A stretch of 63,058 bases of DNA, filler included, from Pelomyxa schiedti (taxonomy: Eukaryota > Protista > Evosea): assembly GCA_020536535.1 (NCBI GenBank). It is 17 parts of 17 records of this genome, joined end to end, with 100 filler letters (N's around TTAATTAATTAA, not from the genome) between each part and the next. Parts side by side here need not be neighbours in the genome. Positions count along the whole stretch, not along the records: positions 45,944 to 49,586 come from JAHLWZ010001710.1; positions 49,687 to 50,689 come from JAHLWZ010003030.1; positions 50,790 to 54,333 come from JAHLWZ010001733.1; positions 54,434 to 55,846 come from JAHLWZ010002522.1; positions 55,947 to 57,083 come from JAHLWZ010002782.1; positions 57,184 to 60,599 come from JAHLWZ010001742.1; 11 more parts are not named here. One strand, written 5' to 3'. A program made the position numbers and the translations under genes. Under the pieces are notes generated by a model. That model was given only the letters and a program-made list of their open reading frames with translations, was not told the origin of the DNA and made no database searches. This document shows, piece after piece, positions 47,791-60,364 of the stretch. How positions within the stretch are numbered: the stretch's first letter is position 1; every line of letters begins with the position of its first letter.

Positions 47791-48474
47791 TTCAGGGGGG
47801 AAAAAACCGCCCCCGCTTTTCGTGTGTTGTTGTTGGGTTCTGAAGAATCATTGAAATCAACACACTTCGGCCGAGGGTCAACTCCAAATGCACGGGTGTT
47901 GTCAATCAATCAATCACCCGGATCCTCGCCGCGTCACCGGAACTGGCTTTCGGAGTTCGGCGGATCGTGGGTGGTGGTTGGACGCGGTCAGTCACGAGGG
48001 GTGTCATTGTGGGTTGCACGAGTGAGACCAAGTGGGTGTGCCTGTCACCGACTCTAGGTGTTGTTCGTTCAGCACAGTTTGCCACTTGTGGGATACACCC
48101 ACTGGCACCTTGTTGGCCATGTAACAGTACTGCATCAGATTTTTTCACAGATGCCTGCTGTGCAGCAGAAATCAAGCTTGACAGGGCTCTGTTTGGGTTA
48201 CTTGCTATCTCTCTGAGAATGATCCCAACTTGTTGCTCATGGTCGTTGTTTCCCAACCAGATCGCAATCACATATACCACACTGAATTTTTCCTGTGGCA
48301 CATTGACTTGAACGAGAGACCTGCAACAACAAGGCCAGCCAGTACAAGTACCACTCCCAATCTGGCCTCAATCTGGTTACAGCCTCGCTTTGCGCTACTG
48401 ATCCAATCTGCACAGTTTCATGTGCAGTTGGATACTTTCTTCGTCCACAACACAAGCAGCAACTAAACACGCTA

Positions 48475-49586
48475 TTAATCACTGTGGGGCGGCATCATTG
48501 TTGTGGGAATGTGGAAGCAGCACCACAAGTATGAACCTTCAGCACGAGGAGGTATGCAATTACTGATGTTTGGACCGCCGCACTGTTGGCGTTTGTTAAT
48601 TCTCTTAAGCACTTTTGCGGTCTTGCTGCTGGATACGGCGAGAAGAAGCACAACCACGCATGAGAACTATAGTACAAGATTCTACTGACAAAACAACAAA
48701 AATTGAAGTGCTTTGCTATTCATATTCCACAAAAGGCACCACAGGCTTTTGTGTCAATATCTTTGTACAAACAAACTTCCAGACAGTGCAAAACCAACAG
48801 TAGCAATCGCGGAAGCTACCGCAAGAACAATTGACGCAACCAATCCCGGAATTGCCACCCTCTTTGGGTGGCCCATACAAGTCAAGACAAGGAACACGAT
48901 GAAGGCCGGCAATACAAACATACACCAGAAAAAAGGGATCCCAACGGCTTGCACACAATGCCAATCGATGAAGATCAGGCCCACAACGATCAATGCAATG
49001 AAAATGGGAACGTAGATTCCCATGAACACCCAGCCAACGCAGACGAGGGATGTTATGCCTGTGAACTGGTGATGGCGAAAAAGTGAGTGTTTCCAATCCC
49101 AAAAAAAAAAAAAAGGTTCCCAACAAACCTGAGGAACAGGAACAGTGCTGAAAGGAGTGATTCCGCACACGAGTCTGCACGTGTGTCCAAGAAAAATGGA
49201 ACTCAGGACCATGTATACAAATTGCAACGGTCCCCAGGCGTACCAGTAACGGTACCAGAACAACGGAGACATGGAATCATGTTGCGCGAAGCTGCAGGCA
49301 AGAGCAAAACCAATGACTGCGAACAGTCCCCCATAGATTCCAAACAGCATGGCGCTCGCTGTTGTGAAGTGGTGAAAAGTCCAGTCAGTCACGTTCCAGA
49401 AAAGAAGGAACAAACCAGAAAGACAGGGATTCCTCCAGACAAACAAGACACGAGTCCGGAACCAATGCAGGTAAATTCCAATTCCAAATGTCACCAACAC
49501 TCCAATTCCCGGTGCCCAATATGCAATTGTTCCAAGCTGATGGAAGATTAACAACCTGGATTGTAACCAGTTTGAAGACAACACAC
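48475..49586 (-). CDS. Multi-pass membrane protein (partial, 5' end at contig edge)
   Basis: At least 7 hydrophobic segments in ORF 48754-49584, with short introns. 3' end approximate. Confidence 0.6.
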
Positions 49587-49686
49587 NNNNNNNNNNNNNN
49601 NNNNNNNNNNNNNNNNNNNNNNNNNNNNNNTTAATTAATTAANNNNNNNNNNNNNNNNNNNNNNNNNNNNNNNNNNNNNNNNNNNN

Positions 49687-49939
49687 ACTCGTCCCAGCAC
49701 CCAGCCTCGGATGCGCTCCGCTCCGCGTCTGCCATCACGGCACCGAGGCCGGATCCCCACGTCGACGCGGCCAAGGCCCAGTCCACAACGTGGTCCCACC
49801 GGTGTCCGGCCTCGGTGTCCAGGTTGACAACCAACTCTGGCACTGACGGCGGCGCTGCTACTGCGCACCAACAACTCATCAGAGCGGTGCCCAGCAACAT
49901 AGCAATGTGCTGGGTCTGCAGACCAACGGACACTGCCAT
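49687..49939 (-). CDS. Acid ceramidase / N-acylethanolamine acid amidase-like, N-terminal fragment
   Basis: Signal peptide followed by 'PPSVPELVVNLDTEAGHRWDHVV', matching the family motif P.xxINLDxPPxxRW. Confidence 0.65.
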
Positions 49940-50789
49940 TCTTTGAAGAGAGAAAAATTTGGCTGCATAAAAGAGGCCTCATTTTCGTGGTCGTATCCAA
50001 TCTGAACTGAAGCCCCCCAGCCCTACCCCCCTTTGGGCTCCAGCACGGTCCCGTACCCATTCCCGGTCCCAATCCCCATGCCAGTCTTGTATTCGAAAAG
50101 AAATCATCAAGAGATCGAATCTAATTTGTCAACTTGTCCAGCATTACGTGAAGGTCTGTTCTCCCATTTCCACAAGTCTCATTTGGCGCAACACATGTGT
50201 AGGGAGGCATGTAGGGAGGCATTCACACCCATAACGGACCAGTAGAATGCAACGTACTTTCTTTGTTGAAGAGGTTCTGTTTACCACTACGAGCGACCGG
50301 TGGGACCACTCTACAGTGGTAACACTTTACGTCTCGAACCGGTGTCGACTGGCCGCACGCCACCTACTACCTACGCTCAAGTGTCGAATCTCAATAACCC
50401 TGATATCTGCCCCACGGGACGGTTGTAGAGGGCGCATATTATGTGGTTTTTGCTACTGACGAGACGGTGACAGAGAGTGCGGCTGTTCCTGGGGAGTCGA
50501 CGGCACGGCCAGGCAGGGTGAAGTTTTTTCTCAAGCTGTTGAGTGAAGGGGAAATCACGGCATACAAGACTCTTTCTTTTACTAAAGCAGCAAAGCACAT
50601 TTCACCGTGTGTGGTGGTTGGAAAATTTTGCAATGGTCAAGACCGTCATAAGGCTATTCTCGTGCAAGATGTGGGAGATTCTCATTTGANNNNNNNNNNN
50701 NNNNNNNNNNNNNNNNNNNNNNNNNNNNNNNNNTTAATTAATTAANNNNNNNNNNNNNNNNNNNNNNNNNNNNNNNNNNNNNNNNNNNN

Positions 50790-51757
50790 TCGAACCACAT
50801 CGAGTAGTACTTCTCGTCCCTGTACTGCCGCTGCACCCGCGGGTCCCTCGCAGCAGCAGCATCGGAGGGAAAAGGTCCTCCGCTAACCCTCTCGTGTGGC
50901 GGGGAAGCTATCACAGCCCGGTTGGACTTGGCAGACTCGGAGCCTTCGCCGCGCTCCACATCAACCCCGGCAATAACGCCCATCATGGGATCGCGTGCCA
51001 GAATGCCAACGGACTGGGACCTCATGACGGGCCCATAATCGGCCCCCGGCACCACAACCTCCACGCCGCCGCTACCATCCTGAGCAGCAGCATTGCCCTC
51101 GGCCCTGCGCCGATACCCTCCCTCGGCGTCGCCGTCGCTCACGCCGGCAGCCGGGCTCACACTGGTGCAAATAACCGCGGTCCCCTCCACGCTCACGCCG
51201 CTCGTCCCCCTGCTCCCTTCTCCTCCCACGCTCGCGCCCACGCCCACGCCCTGCTCCCTCCGCGGACCCTGCTGCTGCTGATTGCGGTGGTGTGGATGGT
51301 GTTGGTGCTGGTGGCCCCTATCGTTCCGTGTGGGTGGTGGTTGTGGTGGCCGTTGTGGCTGTGTGTGTGGTGGCGGCGGGGCTGTGGTTGTCAAGTACAC
51401 TGTGTTGTATGTCTCGGAGTGGTGGAGAAGTGGGGTGGTTGCCTCTATTGTGTCAAAGTAGGAGGATCTTCTCCTGCCGCCGCGTCTTGGCGTGTGGCCT
51501 GCTGAATCCGCGCCACGGGAATCGGCCGCGGCGCCGCCTCCTCCTGCGCCTCCTCCCATAATGACGCGAGGGGAGGGAGACGGCGAGGAGGGGGTGTCGT
51601 AGGCTGGTATTACGGCGGCGGATTGGAATCGCGGGGTGCTGCGGCCCGCGCTGCTGCTCGTGGCGCCGAAACTTGGTTCTCGTTTCAGTTGGTGTGTGTG
51701 TTGCTGGTCGTCCTCTGTCGTTGCCTGTGGCTGCTGTGGTGTCCCCTGTGGTTGCAT
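50790..51757 (-). CDS. Low-complexity N-terminal part of a hypothetical protein (runs into contig edge)
   Basis: GC-rich open frame from MQPQGTPQQ. Confidence 0.6.
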
Positions 51758-51951
51758 TGTGGGTTGTGATTTTCTTTCGTTGTTGGTGGGTTGTGTTGCT
51801 GTGCCAAAACAAAAATTGAAGAGGGCCCTCTTCGCAGAATTGATTTTGTTCGTATCTTGGGAAAATTTGATGTCTGAGGTGTAAGTTGTGTGCAACGTCT
51901 AGAGCTTGTTTGTGGGATCAATGTGACATAGACCACAACTTTAGTGTTCCA

Positions 51952-53640
51952 TCAAATGAGGCCGTTGCCAGCATGTTGTGGTTGGTGGTGTAGTCCATTG
52001 ACCGTATTTTCTTGTTGTGGCCTGTCAACTTGTGCACACACTTTTGGCTCCCTACTTCCCACACATATACGGTATTGTCTTGAGAGGTCTGCAGTTGAAC
52101 TTAGATAACAAGTTCCAATTATATGGTGAAGGTGATTACCCCATATAGATAAAGGGTGTTCCCACCCCAGAGACACCGCGGTTGGCTGTACTCATCATTT
52201 TGGGCTCCGTAGTAGTTACGGAGTTGCGTTGAGGATTCACTCCTGAATAGTATGACGCGGCTTCTGTCTAGTGTAATTTCAACTTTGAATTTAGTTAGAG
52301 TTTGGAAAGACCTGTGGAAGCCAGGAGTAAATTCGAAGAGCTTAGGCATAAGTCCATTATAGAGAACGAAACGTGATCGTCACCGGTTGCATTTACGTTC
52401 ACATATGTCGTCTATAACCTCAGGAAAATTAAGTCAGGTGGCAAAGGGAAACAATTTGGAAAACCTCGAAAGAAGTCAAGTCAAGAACATGTAGGTAGTT
52501 GTTCTCCCGGACAGCGGCAATAATTTTAGTTGATTCCTGGAGGGAGCAAATAAGATTACGAATTGAGAGTTCCTTTTTACGTTGTTGAAGATAAGTGCCT
52601 CCACTGCTGTCGAAAACGTCCAAGTGTGAAGTGGATGGTAGTCAGTACCACTACAATTGTTTACTGAAATTCAAAATTGATAAGAGAAAACCACACTTGA
52701 ATAAGTGGATCGTTTTATCGTATCCTCCAGTTGCAAGGTAGTTGCCATCTTTTGACCACTTGATAGCAACAGCATATCTAGAGAGGCATAGGCTTAGTGG
52801 GTGCCGTACAGGCAAGAATTTTTACTTTGTGTGGACTTCGAAAGATTGAATTGGCTCCTCCGTTTCCAAGGAGACATCAAAAATGTGGTGAGTATGAGCA
52901 AGAGTGGACACAGCCAATATATTACTATGGCCCAAGTGAGGGACGAGAGAAAAAAAGGAGGCTCACTGTCTAACTGGGTTCCAGTCCAAAGAGACTGCAG
53001 CGCCTGGGCATATATACTTGCGAACAACCTCGGACCTAGCCCAATCCACAATAAAGAGAGCTCTATCGTTTGAACTTGTGGCCAGTAAAGTGCTGTCTTC
53101 AAAATATTTAATAATATTGTCCAGTCGCTAAGAGGACTTACCAGCACTAGGGTGAAATTTGACAGTGAGAAGGTTTACACCACCAAATAGAGATATGGTT
53201 TTCGGGTCTCCTTTTACGTACTCTCCATCAGCGGGAGCATTCTGTGAATTACGTTAAAACTACCCCAGAATCAAGCTGTAACCAGTAGTCTGTTCTCTTC
53301 CATAGTGATCCCATCAGCGGCGGTACCTTCGGCAGCAGAAGCGGCCTCGAATTCTTTCTGTTTTACTATGTTGCTAATCAACTCGGATCCCATTCTCAGT
53401 TTAGACGCATCATACTTCATTCCACTGGAATAACGAATGTTAGAGCTAAAAAAAATAAATTGATTAAAATTACCACTCGGCCTCCAGTGCCGCGAGTGTG
53501 TTTTTGTAACCAGATTCGTGCAACCACTGCTGCACAATGCACAACGGGTACTCCTCCTTGTCCGCACCAACGTACTCACAAGTACTTGTCGCAGATCCGC
53601 TACAACGCGACGACGCTGTTGTGCCACCCTCCCCGCTCAT
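51952..53640 (-). CDS. WD40-repeat protein, multi-exon
   Basis: 'LLATSSNDRALFIVDW', 'AVSLDWNP', 'AIKWSKDGNYLATGGYDKTIHL', 'GDDHVSFSIMDL', 'LRNYYGAQNDEYSQPR'. Ends approximate. Confidence 0.78.
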
Positions 53641-55253
53641 CGTCGTCTATTTTTTGCCGAAGGAACGTTTTTGATTTGGGAAAGATCTGTATGTGTTCTG
53701 TGGGGTTCTCCCCGCCCCACCGAAGTGAATAGAACCTGAATCTACCGCCCTACACTACTCGGTCAAGAACACTCGTCGATTCCAGCTTCAGAAGAATTCT
53801 GAATGAATTTGATGGAAATCCCATAAGCTAACTAGCTCCGAGGGGGTGCAAAAAGCGATCGGAGCGAGTTAAATTTTACTTACCGGCGCAGGGCCAGGCG
53901 CATAACGTTTTTGTCATTCGCCTTTTACTAATGAGCAACCGTGCTCCTGGTCGTCATCAAATGCGCTTTGATCACGTATTTTTGTGATGAGAGAGGCTCC
54001 AACCTCTCTCTCTTAAAAACAAATAACAAATTATTCTACGGTTTGTTCTTCAATTTAATTATTGGGACTCCCCAAAAAATTCGGAAAAATCACTTTCCAA
54101 GTGATTAGCTCTCTCTGGTCGCCTTGGTTTGAGCCTGTATTGGGAGAGACGGTGTAACATTTGTTGTAGACGAAGGCGCGAGCAGCCCGCCTGGATCCAC
54201 CAGGGGATCCAGGGAGAGGAGAAAAACCTCCCACACAGGGAAAACTTGTTGTATACACACCCGCCAAAAAGTGTATACAAATTTTGGGTCCGTTTTGCGG
54301 AAAAAAGAAGAAGGAAAAAAATTACCAGATGGANNNNNNNNNNNNNNNNNNNNNNNNNNNNNNNNNNNNNNNNNNNNTTAATTAATTAANNNNNNNNNNN
54401 NNNNNNNNNNNNNNNNNNNNNNNNNNNNNNNNNGAGTATTTTCGGTAGTATTTTCTGATTCTTAGCATTTGGCTGCTGTCAGTTTCTCTGCCAAAAAGTG
54501 AGGGACTGGAGATAAAAAGAATGTAATCAGTACTGGGGATCAGTCACAGGTGTCAAAGAGCAGATACTGCTCGGCTGTTAGTGGCACCACATAAACAGGC
54601 AACAGATTTTCATTTATCCCACTCTCCAACATTAATTAAATCAAGCAATTTCCCCAGGACTGCGGGTGTTAACTTCTGGATATATTTAATACATGCGTGA
54701 TCTGGTTTGGATCAAGGTACACAATACGCTTGCCAGTACACTGGGTCAATATCTCCTGGAGGGTTGCATCGTTTTTTGGCAACGGGTTGCATTCATTGGA
54801 AACTAGTTGATGACCACATGTGGCCAATGCAGTTCAAATGTCAGCTAAGCTACTAACATACTTTTCAGCAGGAACCAGAGTGGAAAGCTTTGATGTAATT
54901 AATTAATTCAATAGGAAAAGAAATTTACACACCATTCTCCTCAGGTAGTTGCTTGCATTCCTTCTCCGAGTAGGGCTTCGCCACTCTTTTTTGTTGTCTT
55001 GCCCACAAAGTTACCGATGATGTTGTGTACGAAGTTTTTGTGATTGCCGACGATGTAGTCGCTGCAGTTTTCGGCGTAGATGCCAACGATGTTGTCGCCA
55101 CACTCGTCGGCACGTTGTAGAGGAGGTCGGCTTTAATGGAGAAGTCTTGGGTTTCTTTAGGCTGGGTGATTTCAGCTCTTGTGGCAACACCGGCCCATGG
55201 CTGCGTGTCTCTGTTGGCTCAGAAAATGATTTCCTTTCGCTTGTAAGGTGAAA

Positions 55254-55495
55254 TGTAACATTAGGTGCATTGATTTTTGATGTTCCCCGAGGTGCATTGC
55301 TATTTTAATGTCACCCAAGGTGCAGAGGGCCTTTCCTTTTTGTAACTAAGGTGCAGTGATGACCCTATGGGTCTGGTTTTCGCATTTGTTGGACACATAA
55401 GTTGTTCATTGTAACCAGAGGTGCAATGTCTGCACCTAAGAGTGCAGTTTTGGAATTTTTTGCACTCTTAAATGTGTCTGTAACCCGAGGTTACA
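55254..55495. repeat. Array of seven quasi-palindromic 15-17-bp motifs (TGYAAC-N3/4-GGTGCA consensus)
   Basis: Units start at 55254, 55281, 55309, 55341, 55410, 55431 and 55479. Confidence 0.8.
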
Positions 55496-55946
55496 CCGCA
55501 ACACAAAAAAGTTGAATGAGCACCCTGCCTGAAAATTGGTGTGTGGATGGTGGCAGTTTGTGGAGCGACGATGCCCATCCTGAAGCACCACCCAGGTATG
55601 TGCTTGTTTTTGTTTTTGTTCCCTCAGTGTGCCCAAGACTCCGTCCTCTGCTGTCAACATGTGGCGTGAAGTATTTGACGACAACTTTTTCAATCACATT
55701 GCTGTGGAAACTAACTGGTGGGTGCGCTCTGTCTAAACCACCCTCTTGACATACTCTCAGTTACGCCCATAATGTTAAAGGATTTGAGTCCTTTCACACT
55801 TCAGCTGCTGAAATTGAACTCCTCTCTGGAGTTTATATCGCTGGTANNNNNNNNNNNNNNNNNNNNNNNNNNNNNNNNNNNNNNNNNNNNTTAATTAATT
55901 AANNNNNNNNNNNNNNNNNNNNNNNNNNNNNNNNNNNNNNNNNNNN

Positions 55947-56907
55947 TATAAGCGACACCACTTTCACCACGAACTTCACCAGATCGATAAAAATAAATAA
56001 ATACCTTGTTCCCTCCTTATCTCGCTACAAACGTGTTCGTCACTCCCCGTTAGGGACACCGCTCACAGCAGTGATGCGAGTATATGCGGTGGAATGGCAT
56101 GCCATACTCAGCCGGGACAGAACCGTATATTCAAATATTTTCAGCACTGAAGCGGTAATTTCCGGCACTGGCCAGCCATGCGCGCACTCTGCAATGACAT
56201 TAGCATGGAAATCATGAGAATCATACACACAACACACCAAACAAGCGCTCTCGTAAGGCGCGGGAATGCTACAAACCCATATGACAAAACAATTCGATTA
56301 AAAGGAATTTTGATTACAATCGTCTTGAAATCAAATTCCGATAAAATTGCCACGAAGGCATAATTCCCTATCCCCTTGTAACTGGTCCTCGTACGCAATG
56401 CGTTGTGTGGCTTCAACGAAAGTGTGTCCATTGTGTTGTACAAGTCATTGCCAACAATTCACAGGAGCGAGAAGCCGAATCACTTCCGTTCCTGGGGAGA
56501 AAGAGGGTCTGGGAGGTTCATTGAGGTTCACAGAGGAAATCCAAAAAAAAAGATGACTTGTACAACACAATGGACACACTTTCGTTGAAGCCACACAATG
56601 CCATCACAAATCTGCAAGTCAAGATCAGATCTCTCACCCCCGAGATGATCAGATTCCTCCGACTCAGTGAGTTCATGTACTTTATGGAAGTACACATGTT
56701 CCCCCTCAAACTGATTCTCAGAGAGAGTGTCTTCCCAGTATGGAAGAAGTGATCGGCAAAAGTCCAAAGGGTGAAAAAATGCATCAGAGCGCGTGTTTGC
56801 GGTGGTTGTTGCTGTTGAGGCATCTGCGTTCGTTGCCGGTGGTTGCAGTGTATTCCGCGCTGTTGTATTTGCGTGTATCCTCTTTTCAGCTCTCTTCCAC
56901 CTGAGTG

Positions 56908-56965
<58 letters not shown>

Positions 56966-57005
56966 CGATCTGGTGAAGTTCGTGGTGAAAGTGGTGTCGC
57001 TTATA
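55947..57005. mobile_element. Nested inverted-repeat structure (41-bp outer IR, 46-bp inner IR), probably non-autonomous element(s)
   Basis: 55947-55987 is the reverse complement of 56965-57005, and 56403-56448 of 56553-56598. Both IRs are perfect. A T52 tract lies at 56914-56965. Confidence 0.7.
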
Positions 57006-58336
57006 AGCCCTGTCTCCCATGAATTCCAAGTATTCAGTGGACGCACAGCACAGCATCATGTGCCATTGAATTCCCAGAAGTTGNNNNNNNNNNNNNNNNN
57101 NNNNNNNNNNNNNNNNNNNNNNNNNNNTTAATTAATTAANNNNNNNNNNNNNNNNNNNNNNNNNNNNNNNNNNNNNNNNNNNNCCACTGAGTCTTTTTCT
57201 GAAGGTGGATTCATGTTCCAGATGAGCGAATCACACACTGAAATACACGTGAGCGAAGAGTGCTCTGGTGACCACGTCATCACCTTCAAGTTATTCAGGC
57301 CTCTGACCAAAACCACACGCCACTTCTCGTTCTTTCCATCCTTCTGACTAACAGAGACTCTGTGTTCAAGTTGTGTCTAAAAAATAACTTCACAAAAAAT
57401 TCATGGGGGCTGGGCCTCTGATTTGAACTTAACAAAAAACCACCACAGTTGTGTCACACATGATCACAATCAACCCTTCCTGGCAATGCACTCAGGGGAC
57501 GGACTAACCAGAGTGGTACAAGATCCTCCGCCGGCTGTTCAATTATAGTCAGTAATGGGGATGAAGGGAGCAGGCGGGGGTGAGATTGATTGGGCGGGGG
57601 GAACACTCACTCATCATCACGATCATAACGGCAGCACCCTCCACCACCCACACGTAGTCATTTCCACCGATAACAGGCTGGTTGAGAAGGATCGCCGAGC
57701 CGTCAGCACAGCCAGATGTAGCATGGGCAACCTCCGTGTCACAGTCAGAGCTGTCATACCAATGCACCTGTGTGCCCCCGCCACTTCCACAGGTTTCCAA
57801 TGTGAGGGTTCCGTCTCCATCACACCGCAATTGGTACTGTGTATTTGCTACCGCTAAATTGAAAGTAAGTGTTGATGCAGAAGGAACGGTTCTGTTTTTG
57901 GCAGAAATTGTGGCGACTGTGTAAACACACCTCCTGCCATCGCTGGTAGTGGGCCTGTTGTGTACCACTGCTTGAGACCACAAGGAGCCCCCTCTGCGGT
58001 GTGACTGTGTACTAGACACAAAGAAGCCATGGCCATCACTGAACAGTGCATCAAGCACCGGAACCAGCCTTTCGTTGTTGGGGGCATTTTTTGGATGATT
58101 GTTTCTTGATCTGATTTCCGCACTGAGATCAAGAGAAGCACAATTGATTTCTTGTTTCTTGAATGAAATGCTCTTTCATGAACTTCTTGATTTGGTGGAG
58201 TTTCCACAATCTGAAACTACACTCTTGCAAATCCCACGTGCGGTGTCCCTACTCAGGACCTGGAACACGGGAGAACAAACCACCACACACTAAGGGTCAG
58301 ATCTGTGGACAAAAGATACAGATTTTACCAGAGTGG

Positions 58337-59154
58337 CACCGGTGTATCGGACAAAATGGGACGAACAGCAACCGACGACGGCAACCACCACACTGCTTCT
58401 AGTACTTCTTCAACAGCAACAGGTGGTGTTGGAGTTGGAGCTGTCGAGGGGGCCGAGGCGCCGTGTGGGTCGTTCGTGCAGGGCAACGGGAACCGGTTCG
58501 ATGTGACGCCCAGCCACGTGGGCTACGGCGGGGAGACGTACGCCAGGACGTACGTGACGCCCACGGTGTTCACCGCCGACGACGGCTGGCTGTACATATG
58601 GACCGGCTCCCTCTACCACTGCATCAGGGTATATGCTGTGTGTTGTGTGCTGTGTGCTGTGCGCTGTGCGCTGTGCGCTGTGCGCTGTGCACAATTTGTG
58701 TTTATATATTATTATATAATAATATATGTTACGTACTGTGAGGGGTTGATGATTTGGGTGGGAGTAGGAGGCAAATTACCAAAATTATCACTGACACACC
58801 ATGTAACAGCAAGGAACAAGGATTATTACGGCAACCGAGACTGGCCCGAATTCATTCACACAAACAAACAACGGCACAGTCCTGACGTTCCGTGTGTTCT
58901 TTGTTTTTTTTTTCCTTTTTCTTTCTCCGCCACTGATGTACATACGAACGCTACCAATTCTCACAGAAGGCGACGCTTCACACCCGGAAATAGCATACAA
59001 GAATAAAGTGTTCTGTGCCACACCTGTGTCACCCACTGTTTGCTACAATCAGGACGGGGACTACTGGTACTATGTTAGAACTATTGATGGGCTCTACATT
59101 GTAAACTATGTCAGCAACTCAGGGTATTGCACAGCAAAGCCCCATACATTCTGA
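58337..59154 (+). CDS. Hypothetical protein, multi-exon
   Basis: GC-rich exon from MGRTATDDG to about 58628, then introns (the first contains a CTGTGCG microsatellite) and a terminal exon ending 'AKPHTF*'. Confidence 0.55.
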
Positions 59155-59263
59155 ATACACAGTAACAAATACTACAAGAGAAGAGAGAAGGAAAAAGAAG
59201 TGATGTTTGTTTTGGAAAATAGATTTTTAATGTATTACAAGGTGCAGTGCTTTGTTTTGTTCA

Positions 59264-60364
59264 TCAACACCAACCGGCACAAGGATCCGGTTGGTCCTCA
59301 GTCGATCCGCTGTTTGAGGTTACATCCACTCTGCCGTCGTTGCTGGCCCTCTCCTTTGTAATACATTCCTCCACCAATTTGGGTGTATCCAGAATCTGTG
59401 AGGAGTTTATTTATCTTAGGTTTCTAGGCTGCACGCTGTACCTTGAGGAGTAATTCTTGGAACGCTTGTTGAATCCCTTGAGTGGTCTTGGCACTGCATT
59501 CAATGAAAAGCATGCCTTTATCTCGTGCGTACATTGCAGCCTCTTCTCTCCGGACTTGCCGTTCCTGATCAGGAGAAATTAGTATCTTGGGATAGGATAG
59601 TAATTCCGTACTTTATCAACTTTGTTCCCTATTAGCATTTTGATGGCGTCGGGATTCGTAGAGTACAACTCCACTTCATCAAGCCACTGATTTACGTGCT
59701 CAAAGCTGACTTTCCGGGAAACGTCGTACACCAAAATAATCCCATGGGTGCCTCGATAGTCTTTTGGAATGTGAGTGAGAAAAAGTTTCCTCCACAATTT
59801 ATGTCATACATGATGATGTTAAAGACCGAAACTGATTTCAAAGCAAAAGGGTGAGAAACTGATACTAAGTGGGGATGTATTACCTTTTCCTGACCAGCAG
59901 TGTCCCTTTTTTTTTAAAAAAAAATGTAATGAGTAAGGTACACATTTAATAGACGGTGGCTAGCACACCATATTGTCAAATTTATTCTCTTTGATTGAAT
60001 ATCACAATATTTGATTTTGAAGTCTACACCTGATACTGCTGTAAAAAACGAAAATGCATTAATACTACTAACCTATCGTGCAAGGTTGGTCCTCATCGAA
60101 CTTGTTCTCAGTGAACCGCAACAGAATACTGCCTAACGCAGTGTAACCAAAAAATAAATAATGGGAAGGCAAGTGATAAAAACGTGGGAGCTTCTCTACG
60201 CCACGCTACGCATAGCAAAAAACCCAGGAAACACAAAAAAATCAGGAAAGGTACTGCGGGAAATTACTTTTTCCTACGTCAGAATCGCCTACCATAAGTA
60301 TCTTAAACAAGTGGTCGTAGTCACCGCTGCCGTCGCCTCCCGATGCCGACGATGTCGCAGCCAT
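59264..60364 (-). CDS. RAB18: Rab18 (RabC-type) small GTPase, about 8 exons
   Basis: '[17 protein letters not shown]|SSILLRFT..CTIG|VDFK..LTIW|DTAGQEK|FRSLTSSY|[33 protein letters not shown]|..[10 protein letters not shown]|ILDTP..CAGWC*'. Confidence 0.93.

Noticed and set aside
47920-47970. HDV-like ribozyme suggested by TCCTCGC (also TCCTCG at 60492)
   Set aside because: The P3 pairing or the P1/P1.1 elements could not be formed. No hammerhead core was seen in these segments or in 56403-56598.
55254-55495. CRISPR array
   Set aside because: The repeats are only 15-17 bp and degenerate, the spacers are 5-54 bp and irregular, there are no cas genes, and the context is eukaryotic.
56528-57131. 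Poly-Lys and poly-Phe ORFs
   Set aside because: They are produced by the T52 homopolymer.
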